DNA of 64,000 bases, taken from positions 22,196,001 through 22,260,000 of the forward strand of contig OZ024741.1 in the NCBI GenBank assembly GCA_964016885.1. The letters are read 5' to 3'. This stretch comes from Eledone cirrhosa (lineage: Eukaryota). A program made the position numbers and the translations under genes. Positions 1 through 9,422 of this stretch are shown here, piece after piece; within the stretch, counting starts at the first letter, position 1; each line of letters opens with the position of its first letter. A model generated the notes under the pieces. That model was given only the letters and a program-made list of their open reading frames with translations. It had not been told where the DNA came from and searched no databases.

Positions 1-290
1 AACGTAAATAACCTAAGCAGATAATTTTAGACTAACAGAAATAGCAGCTAGTTGATACTATAGTTTAAATAGATGAAGAACGTATCGGACAAATATGGAA
101 TCAAGTATTGTTTGAACTCCTTAGCTTCGCCATCATCACCCACGGTAATGCTGCGAGAGTGTTGGCTTGCCTCAAAAATTTGACTGACTTGGTGGTGAAT
201 TGTTGGTTTTCTTCTTTTTTTCTGTTTTTCTTGCTTTGATTATATATTTTTGTATATTGTATTTATAAGGTTCCAAGCAATATTTTCATA

Positions 291-2582
291 TTTTTTTTTT
301 TTTTTTTTATTTAACGTCCGTGTTCCACGCTTGCATGGGTTTGGACGGGGGTAGTCCCACTTGAGGCAAGAGTGATTGTCTTGCTCGCATAGGACTGTCT
401 GGCAGGTTTTCTACAGTTGGATGCCCTTCCTAACACCAACCACATTTACAGTGTGGGTCTGGGAGGTTTTTACCGTGTTGCCTACACGGCCACATTACAG
501 CGTGGACTGTGTGTTTTTTTGTCGTGACACCTACACGATCTCATTTGTTTCGGCCTCGATGGCGCGGCACCAACATAACTTTACATAGAACGGGGTGGTG
601 TGGATCGGGTGGGGGTGGTGGTGGTGGGACGGGGTGTATTTTGTTAGAGATGCCTACTGGCTGGAGTAGGTTTTACTATATATTTAGGTAAGGCGGGTCT
701 TCTCTGTTACTGAGTACCGCCAAAGGTCTCGGTCCAGTGACATTGTCTTGGAGAGGTGTAAGTGTGTGATGTCGGAGTTTATCAGCTCGTCCCAGGTTTT
801 TCTAGGTCTGCCTATTCCGTGACTACCGTCTATCTTTATTGCCCTGCACTTTGTTATACAGCTATCGACTTTCATGCGCATCACGTGTCCATACCAACGT
901 AGCCTTCTCTCGAGTAAACAACATCTGATCCCTCTTATCTCTAATTTTTTCCTTAGTTCGTTTATGCTTTGCCGTTCACGTATATTACTGTTACACATCC
1001 AGCGGAGCATGCAAGCTTCGTTCCTCTCTAGTCTGCGTATATCCTCTGCACACAATGCCCAGGTCTCACTGCCATGCAGCATTGCTGTTCGTATGCAGGC
1101 ATCGTACAACCTGCCTTTCATTTTTAGTGAGAACCCTTTAGCAGCTAATAGTGGTATAAGCTCTCTGAACTTTTTCCAACCAGTTCTGACTCTAGCTACA
1201 GTACTTTCAGAGCACCCTCCCCCACTGCTGATTTTATCGCCCAGGTAACGGAAGCTGTCCACTATTTCTATAGAACCCTCTGCGCAATTGAAAGAGCTAG
1301 TATTTTGTGGGCACTTGCTGCTACTTATTGCACCAGAGCACCGGCCACATGTAAAATCTATGTTCTTAGTTAGCTTACCTGTGATCCCACTACATCTTTT
1401 ATGCACCCATACTTTGCATTTAGGACATAAAATGGAGTTTCTACCTACGCCTTTCCTACACACCGAGCACGACCATTTCCCAGAAGGGACCGCCGCCTTG
1501 TTTTCTTTCCTACAAACTAGTACTTTGGTCTTAGCCAGGTTAATTTTAAGTCCTTTTGACTCTAGGCCGTGCTTCCATGTTTGGAATTTCTTCTCTAGCT
1601 CGGCCATTGATTCCGCTATGAGTGTCAGGTCGTCTGCGTATAGGAGTTCCCATGGGCAGCCTGTCTTGAACTCCTCTGTTATAGCCTGAAGGGCAATAAT
1701 AAATAGTAGTGGGCTGAGAACAGAGCCCTGATGGACGCCAACTTTTACGCTAAACTCTTCACTATATTCGTTGTTAATTCTAACCTTGCTGACTGTTTCT
1801 TTATACATGGCTTGTATAGCCCTCACAAGCCATTCGTCAACGCCTAGTTTTCTAAGAGCCCACCAGATAATGGAGTGGGGGACTCTGTCGAAGGCTTTCT
1901 CCAAGTCGACAAAAGCTAAGTAGAGGGGTTTACCTTTAGCTAGGTACTTCTCCTGTAGTTGTCGTACTATGAAAAGAGCGTCTGTGGTACTTTTTCCTGA
2001 CACAAACCCGAACTGCATTTCATCTAGGTCAATTCTCTCTCTGATTAGTTGCGCTATTACTTTTTCCGTGACCTTCATGACCTGGTAGATTAATTTAATG
2101 CCTCTATAGTTACTCCTATCTAGGGCGTCTCCTTTACCCTTATAACAGTTAACGATGATGCTGCTATGCCAGTCCTTCGGAACAACCCCATTCTGTACGA
2201 CTTGGTTAACTATGCGGGTGACCATGGTGTGTCCCACCGTGCCAGATGCCTTCAGCATCTCAGCAACTATTTCCGAAGGCCCAGCCGCCTTACCCGTCTT
2301 CATATCCTTGATTGCCTTACTTATTATACTCCCCTCGACTAACACTGCTGGTCCCTCTATTGGGTCGATATGGGGGAGACTGTCTTTCTCCCATTTATTC
2401 TCCTCATTTAGTAGCCTTTCGTAGTGACACTTCCAAGCTACCTTCTTATCAGCGTCGGTGATGGCAAGTGTGCCATCGTCGTTTAGTACACACTTCTCCC
2501 CGACAATATCACGGTTTTCCTTGACGCATTGCCTAGCAATCCTGAACACCTCACGTTTTTGGTCATGTAGAACATGCTTGAT
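291..2582 (-). mobile_element. RTE-clade LINE, 5'-truncated (no APE domain), with 3' UTR and A-rich tail
   Basis: Contains RT ORF 684..2549; 3' UTR (309-683) is homologous to 39862-40200 and 61320-61670; poly(T) on + strand at 291-308. Confidence 0.92.
684..2549 (-). CDS. Non-LTR (RTE) reverse transcriptase, uninterrupted 621-aa C-terminal part of the ORF, with PHD-like zinc finger inside the RT
   Basis: Motifs KAAGPSE, NYRGIKL, QFGF, FVDLEKAFD, GVHQGSVLSPLLF, YADD, NLAKTK, FRYLG, RRLRWYGHV, GRPRKTW; the start codon is an artefact of 5' truncation. Confidence 0.9.
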   Translation of the reverse strand: MFRIARQCVKENRDIVGEKCVLNDDGTLAITDADKKVAWKCHYERLLNEENKWEKDSLPHIDPIEGPAVLVEGSIISKAIKDMKTGKAAGPSEIVAEMLKASGTVGHTMVTRIVNQVVQNGVVPKDWHSSIIVNCYKGKGDALDRSNYRGIKLIYQVMKVTEKVIAQLIRERIDLDEMQFGFVSGKSTTDALFIVRQLQEKYLAKGKPLYLAFVDLEKAFDRVPHSIIWWALRKLGVDEWLVRAIQAMYKETVSKVRINNEYSEEFSVKVGVHQGSVLSPLLFIIALQAITEEFKTGCPWELLYADDLTLIAESMAELEKKFQTWKHGLESKGLKINLAKTKVLVCRKENKAAVPSGKWSCSVCRKGVGRNSILCPKCKVWVHKRCSGITGKLTKNIDFTCGRCSGAISSSKCPQNTSSFNCAEGSIEIVDSFRYLGDKISSGGGCSESTVARVRTGWKKFRELIPLLAAKGFSLKMKGRLYDACIRTAMLHGSETWALCAEDIRRLERNEACMLRWMCNSNIRERQSINELRKKLEIRGIRCCLLERRLRWYGHVMRMKVDSCITKCRAIKIDGSHGIGRPRKTWDELINSDITHLHLSKTMSLDRDLWRYSVTEKTRLT

Positions 2583-2595
2583 GTACTTCTATTTA

Positions 2596-2830
2596 TGAAG
2601 GCGCATGGTTTAGTAGTTAGAACATTGGGCTTGCAATCGAAAGGTTGTGAGTTCAATTCTCGGACCAAGTGATGTGTTGTTTCCTTGAGCAATACACTTT
2701 ATTTCCCGTTGCTGTAGAAATGAGATGATAGGACTGGGGTCCCTATCATTAAATTACCCAAGACACCTCCAACGAGATATACCTTGGAGGAGGCCAGCTA
2801 AACCTGCATAGGTGTGAGCTGTCACACACG
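2596..2830 (+). mobile_element. tRNA-derived CORE-type SINE (family B)
   Basis: A box tggtttagtagtt, B box gagttcaattct, ttgagcaa(g)acactttatttc core, (CA)n tail, 10-bp TSD cttctattta; paralogue at 44401-44651. Confidence 0.85.
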
Positions 2831-2875
2831 CTTCTATTTAGTCTTATATATTTGTTATATGACAATAAAACATAT

Positions 2876-3060
2876 CGGCGGTGAATTGGATAGGGTACTT
2901 TGTAGTATTAGTTTCGGTCTCTGTTTTCTGAGTTTAAATCCCACCGAGGTCAACTTCATAAAAAAGTACCCGACAAGTCCTGAGGTCGATTCTTCCTCTA
3001 ATATCTCTTTCTCACTTTCATTCGCTCACTTTCTACCCTTCTCGGGAAGAAATCTTCTAT
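2876..3060 (+). mobile_element. Degenerate tRNA-derived SINE
   Basis: ctgagtttaaatcccaccgaggtcaactt B-box region; 3' part matches 43210-43395. Confidence 0.65.
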
Positions 3061-3098
3061 TTTCAGACCTGGAGATGATATGGGCCCCGGTGGGTTTT

Positions 3099-3325
3099 AA
3101 AATGCTTTAGAAACACCGTATGTTTCTGAAAGTCATGGGAGCTGTACTGTTTTCTGATTTTGTAGGCATGTCCACTGGTGTTAGACACATGGGATTCAAA
3201 AAGGTACTCAGGATTGTTGTTGGAAAGATGGTTAATAATCTTGTGGGTAGCAAGTTAGTTGCCAGACGTTGGTGTTTTAATGTATCCATGTCCAGGTAAG
3301 GCGTTCAGAGTAGGGTAGCAACATT
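3099..3325 (-). mobile_element. CR1-like LINE 3' ORF2 fragment
   Basis: Homologous to 8885-9080 and 45990-46190 (LDTLK..RLAT...KQYSSHDFRKH). Confidence 0.8.
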
Positions 3326-3506
3326 GAGCCCACAATCTTAGGAAAACGATTTTTATGGTAAAAAAAAAAGCAGCTAAGCGACATAAAATTCCGAAAATAT
3401 ATTTGAATGACAGAGTTGTCTCCCTTGTAGTATTTAACATTATACTTGTGTACAAGTAAACAACACAACTGACCTTGATCTTAAGTAAACACACACATGT
3501 ATACGA

Positions 3507-3508
<2 letters not shown>

Positions 3509-3552
<44 letters not shown>
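3509..3552. repeat. (TA)n microsatellite
   Basis: Direct reading. Confidence 0.95.
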
Positions 3553-3554
<2 letters not shown>

Positions 3555-3684
3555 TATACATGTCATGTGTGTTGAACGACTTGCTTCCCTTTCAGAAAAC
3601 AGTACAGCTCCCGTGACTTTCGGAAACATACGGCATTTCTAAAGCATTTTATATATATATGTTGTAGTCGAAAGAGTACAACCC

Positions 3685-3880
3685 AACCCAGCCAAAGTCA
3701 CCAGTGGCGTCCCACAAGGCACTGTGTTGGGCCCACTTCTTTTCATTATCCATATTAATGACATTATTGACATCATCAAGCACAGCAACATAAGAATCTT
3801 CGCAGATGATTCTAAGCTCCAGAAGGTCATCAATGAGGAGGGTGACCGGACTTGCCTTCAATCAGATCTACTTACTGTTA
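3685..3880 (+). mobile_element. CR1/L2-like LINE RT core fragment
   Basis: VTSGVPQGTVLGPLLFIIHINDI...IRIFADDSKL...LQSDL. Confidence 0.85.
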
Positions 3881-4045
3881 GCCAATCCTTTACTCTTTAC
3901 CATCCTTTACTCTTATTTCTTCTTCTTCCTTACTTCCCCCCTCACTTTTTCCCAATCTCATACACCAATCTTAATTTATTTTTCATATGTTGATTTAAAA
4001 CTTCACTATTCACAAGTGTTTTTTAAGCTTCATATCATGTCTCCC

Positions 4046-4116
4046 TATTTTATCTGATGAGAACGCAGATATCATCCCATGATGATATTTGTTTTTGAAA
4101 TGCGCATAATAAAATA
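4046..4116 (+). ncRNA. Type I hammerhead ribozyme motif (Penelope-type)
   Basis: Stem I tattttat/ataaaata (8 bp); CTGATGA at 4054; stem II gcagatatcatc/gatgatatttgt; GAAA at 4097; palindromic stem III atgcgcat; AUA cleavage triplet. Confidence 0.8.
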
Positions 4117-4238
4117 CTTGGCACTCTTTTAACCATCTTTTGATCTTATATTATTTATACTCCAGTCCTACAAACTGTAGAGTGCTACTTATCCGATATT
4201 TGCATTGCTTTATTGTGCTACAATAAAACTCACCTCCT

Positions 4239-4277
<39 letters not shown>

Positions 4278-4357
4278 AATAAATGAACAGAGAACAAAAA
4301 ACAGAAGCAGTACAAATGGTAGGTTTTTAGTTTCATGCTTGAGAATGGGGGGTGGGG

Positions 4358-4390
4358 GACGACGTTTCGGGCATAAGCCCTTCATCAGGA
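4358..4390 (-). ncRNA. Minimal hammerhead ribozyme motif at the 3' end of the Penelope-like element
   Basis: Minus strand reads CTGATGA A GGGC ttat GCCC GAAA CGTC; stem I poorly paired. Confidence 0.7.
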
Positions 4391-4886
4391 GAACAGTGGG
4401 TAGGAAGAAAGTTTCGAGGGCGTGTGGGGGAGTGGTGGAAAGACATTTTTAAAAGGGCGGGGGGGGTAAGAGTAAAGGAATTTTTTTAAAAGTACAAATA
4501 AAATAAAAATAAACAAGGGGTGAAAGGGTGTGAGGCGTGTAGGGGTGGTGGTGGGTGGAGGGGTCTGGAGAAGGGAGAAGGAGGGGGATACGAGAAGAGA
4601 GGGCTGAAGGTGGTGTTTGTGTATGGGTGTAGGTGTACGTGTGTGTGTGTGTGTGTATGTGAATGTGAGAGTGGGGGGAAGAACGAGGTTCCATGTTCAG
4701 GTAAAAGGAAAACCGGTGTGTACGTGGGGTGGGGTGTAAGTCGGTGTGTGCGTGCGTGTGGATGGAGGGTGGTGGGGGAGGGGGGAGCGTGGAGTCCGAA
4801 GGCTGAGTGTGTGTATGTGGGGTTACGCACGTGTGTGTTTGTGTTTATATGTGGTGTGGATGTAGGTGTTGTGGTTCGAAAATAAT

Positions 4887-5067
4887 TGTTTCTACTTTAG
4901 GCACAAGGCCAACAATTACCCAGTGCATTACTGGTACTTTATTTTATCGACCCCGTAAAGATGAAAGACAAAGTCAACCTCGGCGGGATTTGAACTCAGA
5001 CTATAAAGGGACGTAAATATGCTAGAAAGCATGGCGTCCGACCCTCTACCGATACTGCCAATTCACC
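4887..5067 (-). mobile_element. tRNA-derived SINE (family A), inserted in the Penelope 3' region
   Basis: aaagtcaacctcggcgggatttgaactc B-box complement; TSD aaaataat on both sides. Confidence 0.9.
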
Positions 5068-7133
5068 AAAATAATGTAAGTGTTTGTTCCTAAGACCTTT
5101 CCATGGAGTGTGAGACAAGATGTTGGAGATTCCATGTGTCGTAGAATGGATAGCTGGAACGATGACTGGTGGTGTGAAATCCTGTTGTGGTAGTGCGGAA
5201 GTGGAGAGATGTGGGGTGCGCGCGCAACAGGAAGTGGTCAGAGGGTCATGACAGGGTGAAGAGATATCAGTAGAGGAGGATGACAGGTAAAGAAAGGGTC
5301 TGTATGTGGTGTGCACTGTGTGTCTGTGTGTGTGCGGAGGTGCGGTGGACAGGGAAGAGGATGGGTAGGTGTGACAGGTGGAGGGAGAAGGTGGTGATGT
5401 GGGGGGTTGGTGTGTATATTAGTGGAAGTGTTAGTGGGATGTGTATGAGGGGGTTAGGTGGAGCGGGGAGAGAGAGGGAGAGAACGGTATTGGGGACGGA
5501 GGATGGAGTGTAGTGTACTGGTGTGTGTGCGCGTGTGGTAGAGAGGGTGTTAGTATTACTGGTGGTGGGGAAGGGGTGGAATGCGGGTGTAGAGTGGGGG
5601 TTAGTGGTGGTTGGGTGTGTGGAGTGGGTGGTGTATCGGTGTGTACGTAGGTGTGGGTGGGTGTATGTCTGATGGTGTGTGTTCGTGTATGTGGGTGAGG
5701 GGGAAGGTTGGTTGGGGGATGTTAGTAATATTAGCTGTGGGGGTGGTCAGATGTGGATGTGAGGTGGGGGTTAGTGGTGGTAGTAAGGTGTGTGGATAGT
5801 GTGAGTGCGTGTATATATGTACAGGTGGGTGTGTGGGGTATGGGTGCGCTCGACTAGGGGGGGGGATTATAGTATTGTTAGTTGGGGGAGGGCCAAGGAG
5901 GTGGGGCGGTGAAACTGAGGAGTGTTAGTGGTGTTAGTGGGGGATGGGTGTGTGGGGGAAGAGGGGGGAGGGGCTAAAGGAATAGGGGTGGAGAGTTCAG
6001 GCCGCGGTGGGGGGTCTGTAGGGTGAAGATGGTGTGTTGTTCGACCGTGAGGCGGGTGTCCCATGGCATTGGATCAGGCCACAGATTGTGAGGTGGTGGG
6101 CGGAATGTCCAGGGGAGCCAAAGTGGCGGGTGATGGGGGAACTCTCGCCGAGACGAATATCGCGGAGGTGCTCCGTGAACCGATCCGCCAGGCGACGTCC
6201 AGTCTGTCCGACGTAGGTTGCGCTACACTCTGTACAGCGAAGTCCATAGACGAGGTGCAGCGGAAGGCGTGCCGGACAGAGAGAGAGAATGGCCGTTGGG
6301 ACCCTGGAAGATGGTGGTGTTGGTGATGTGGGGGCAGGTGTGGCAGCGAGGCCTAGAGCAGGGAAAGGAACCGGGAGGGAAGAAGAGCGTCGGTTGGGGG
6401 TAGGGAGCTGCGGACGAAGAGGGAGCAGAGATTACGCGTGCGTTTGAAGGAGGGTGGGGATGGGAAGATGGGGGAGATGGAGGGGTCGGAGTGGAGGCGT
6501 CGGAATAGGCGGAGGATGGTGCGGTGGTGGGGTAGGGTGGAGGGTGGTAGGTGATGGGGAAGGGTAGACGGTGGGTGGGTGTGCGGGGCGTGGGGTGAGG
6601 GCGGTGGAGCGGTGGACCGCACGGGCGCGAGTGAGGGCGGCGTAGACAAGGGAGGGGGGTGATCCTCTGCGTATGAAATGGCAGACTAGAGAAAGTGCCT
6701 GGGATTAGAAGTCAGCATCTCGGCTGCAGAGGCGGTGGATCCGAAGGAGTTGGGTGTAGGGAATGGAGTGTTTGGTGTGTGTAAGGTGGGAGAAGATGAA
6801 GTCGAGGTAGGAGTGGGAGACGGTGGGTTTGAAGAAGGCGGAGGTGACGAGGGAATGGTGAGTGGGGTCGAAGGTGACGGAGATGTCTAAGAAGTGGATG
6901 TGGGTGGTGGAGATAGAGGTGGTGAAGTGGATGGAGGAGTGGAAGGAACAGAAGAAGTAGAGAAAGGAGTCGAGCTGTTCTCATGGCTCCGATACAGTCG
7001 TCGATGTAACGACCGTACAGTTCGAGCGTGGGGCCGGTGTACTGGGCAAAGATTTGGGCCTCAACATGGCCAACGAAAACTTTGGCATAGTTTGGGCCCA
7101 TTCTTGTGCCTATGGCTACCCCAGTGACCTGTT

Positions 7134-7277
7134 GGTGACCGGAGGTGACCGGAGATGACAGGAGGTGACTGGAGGTGCCCGGAGGTGCCCGGAGGTGCCC
7201 GGAGGTGCCTGGAGGTGATCGGAGGTTACCGGAGGTTACCGGAGGTAACCGGAGATGACCGGAGCTGACTGGAGGTC
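7134..7277. repeat. 10-bp minisatellite (ggaggtgacc), ~14 copies
   Basis: Exact 10-bp periodicity visible in the sequence blocks. Confidence 0.95.
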
Positions 7278-7400
7278 TCAACGGCAACCTGCATAAAATG
7301 GAAGCGCTTGATCAAATCCTGGTATTTTTGTATCTTCTGCTCGTTACGGGCGGCGGTGCTTAGATTTGTGAGTGAGGCGATGAAATTGGACGCGAAGAAC
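7271..7400 (-). mobile_element. CRE-like non-LTR element, restriction-like endonuclease C-terminal relic
   Basis: Minus frame STAARNEQKIQKYQDLIKRFHFMQVAVETS (K..KY..L...AVET motif). Confidence 0.65.
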
Positions 7401-7605
7401 TAGTCACAACATATGGACTCTTATATTAGCGGCAGTCCCACTTCGTACAGAAGTTAAAAATAAAAGATATCTAAAACAACATTGCGGTCGACAAACTGAC
7501 GTTCAGGTGGCTAGTAAAAGGTCCTAGTTGGGCCGACAATCTTATCAAAACGATTAACAATTAACTGCAAGAAATAGCAACTAAATGACCTACACTATAT
7601 AAATA

Positions 7606-7797
7606 CGAGGGGTTGCTGAAAAGTTTCTGGGTTTGGGTAAATGAAAATACAGGAGGATTAGTAAATTATTATTTTATTTAACATATTCTCCTCTCAGATT
7701 CACACACTTATTGCAGAGGTCCTACTTTCCCTGTAAAGGTAACAACTCTACCCTTTCACGATACCCTTAAAACCAATAACTTTTCAGCAACCCTTCG
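7606..7797. mobile_element. Tc1/mariner-type MITE
   Basis: 20-bp TIR cgaggggttgctgaaaagtt / aacttttcagcaacccttcg (1 mismatch), TA on both sides. Confidence 0.85.
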
Positions 7798-8235
7798 TAT
7801 GTTTTATAGTCACAATTACAAGGGAAGTAATTTGATTAGCATAGTTGTCTCCCTTTTATTATTCAGCGTTATAGATATGGAAATGTCATACACTTTCGGG
7901 TCCCAAAGAATAGAGGGTGGGTTGAATAATAGGAGGGGTTGGAATAAGCGGGGTGGGGTGAGGTTGAAGTAACAGGGGAGTTGGAATAAGTGGGAGGAGG
8001 GGTCGGTAATTTTCTAGTCTGTCTCTGTTGATTTAAAAACAAACAAACAGAATTAGTCGTTTAGTTCATACTGAGGCCCCAACTCATCCTATTTATTTTA
8101 TAACGTATATGAGTGTTTGAGGACTCTGCTCCCACGACCCTCCCAGTATTAAGTGGTCGAAGAAGAAGAAGAAAGAACGTTTGCACGCTTTGAGCCGAGG
8201 AGTAAAAATACCCCTCACACAAACACAGTTTTTAA

Positions 8236-9083
8236 AATAATAAAAACAATGAAATTATTGTGTACAATGCTCAGGTGCACTACAACTCATCAAATGTGCA
8301 TGTATAGTACATAGAATAATATACAAATGTCAGGGAAGTGAACAGTGTATGAGTCATGAAATACATATGCGCGTGTGTATGGAGGGGGGGGGGGCATCAG
8401 GTGCAGTGTTGGCGAATCTCAGGAAGCATGGAGGTTTTTAAGGATGCAGTGTCTCGGCAGCTAACAACTGATGCAGGGAATTTGTTCCATGGAGGTTTTA
8501 AATGATGCAGTGCCTTGACAGCTAATAACTGATGCTGGGAGTTTGTTCCATGGAGGTTTTAAAGGATGCAGTGTCTCGACAGCTAATAACTGATGCAGGG
8601 AGTTTGTTCCATGGAGGTTTTAAAGGATGCAGTGTCTCGACAGCTAACAACTGATGCAGGTAGTTTGTTTCATGGAGGTTTTAAAGGATGCAGTGTCTCG
8701 ACAGCTAACAACTGATGCTGGGAGTTTGTTCCATGGAGGTTTTAAAGGATGCAGTGTCTCAGCAGCTAACAACTGATGCAGGGAGTTTGTTCCATGGAGG
8801 TTTTAAATGATGCAGTGTCTCGACAGCTAACAACTGATGCAGGTAGTTTGTTCCATGCTTCAGCAACTCTGAGCGTGAAAAAATGTTTTCGAAAGTCATG
8901 GGAGCTGTGCTGTTTTCTGGCTTTGTTGGCATGACCACGTGTGTTAGACACATGGAAATCAAAAAGGTACTCAGGGTTTTTGTTGGCAAGATGGTTAATA
9001 ATTTTGTGGGTGTTTACCAAGTCATTTGCCAGACGTCGGAGCTTCATGTATCCATGCCCAGGGAAGCAAGGCGTTCAGAGTAT
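8236..9083 (-). mobile_element. CR1-like LINE 3' end with 61-bp tandem amplification
   Basis: KLRRLANDLVNTHKII...NTRGH...RKHFFTLRVAEAWNKLP; 3' UTR shared with 45233-45413. Confidence 0.88.
8427..8853. repeat. 61-bp minisatellite, 7 copies, inside CR1-like 3' end
   Basis: catggagg recurs at 8427, 8488, 8549, 8610, 8671, 8732, 8793. Confidence 0.95.
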
Positions 9084-9189
9084 GTAACTAGTATTTCATA
9101 TATTTCAGCAGACTTACCATACGTCTGTTCTACTGTTTGCCATCAACAGTATTCCCAGTAGGACAGGCCGTTAAGAAATTTAGATAAAA

Positions 9190-9284
9190 CTTCTTTTCCT
9201 GCTCCTCCTCCTCCTCCTCCTCCTCCTCCTCCTCCTTCTTCTTCTTCTTCTTCTTCTTCTTCTTCTTCTTCTTCTTCTTCTTCT
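9190..9284. repeat. (CCT)n(CTT)n microsatellite
   Basis: Direct reading; source of the poly-K/E/R pseudo-ORFs. Confidence 0.95.
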
Positions 9285-9422
9285 TGTCAGAAGTAACCAT
9301 CTCCAACTGATCCCACTGGATCCCCAAGCAAGACCAGCCAAGCTCATAGATGTTATCCAACCATCTTGCTCGGGGTCTACCCCTGGGTCTCCTGCCAGTT
9401 GGTTTTGCCCGTAAAATCTGTT

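Larger units (their letters stand above)
4280..7133 (-). mobile_element. Penelope-like element, 5'-truncated and frameshifted (RT, GIY-YIG endonuclease, long C/A-rich 3' region, hammerhead)
   Basis: RT QVTGVAIGTRMGPNYA...RYIDDC (6985-7133); endonuclease CTECSATYVGQTGRRLADRFTEHLRDIR (~6060-6240); hammerhead on the same strand at 4358-4390. Confidence 0.85.

Noticed and set aside
60-200. Possible host exon on the minus strand
   Set aside because: Short open stretch with no recognisable domain or convincing splice sites
2596-2670. tRNA genes (also 42611, 44401)
   Set aside because: tRNA-like heads of SINEs with core, tail and, where intact, TSD; no complete cloverleaf
4449-5880. His/Pro/Cys/Val-rich ORFs
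   Set aside because: GT-rich low-complexity translation artefacts
6712-7287. 191-aa ORF as a real gene
   Set aside because: Chimera of minisatellite and frameshifted Penelope RT
7905-8010. DNA transposon end (gggttggaataag motif, also ~42500)
   Set aside because: Too decayed to define TIRs or TSD
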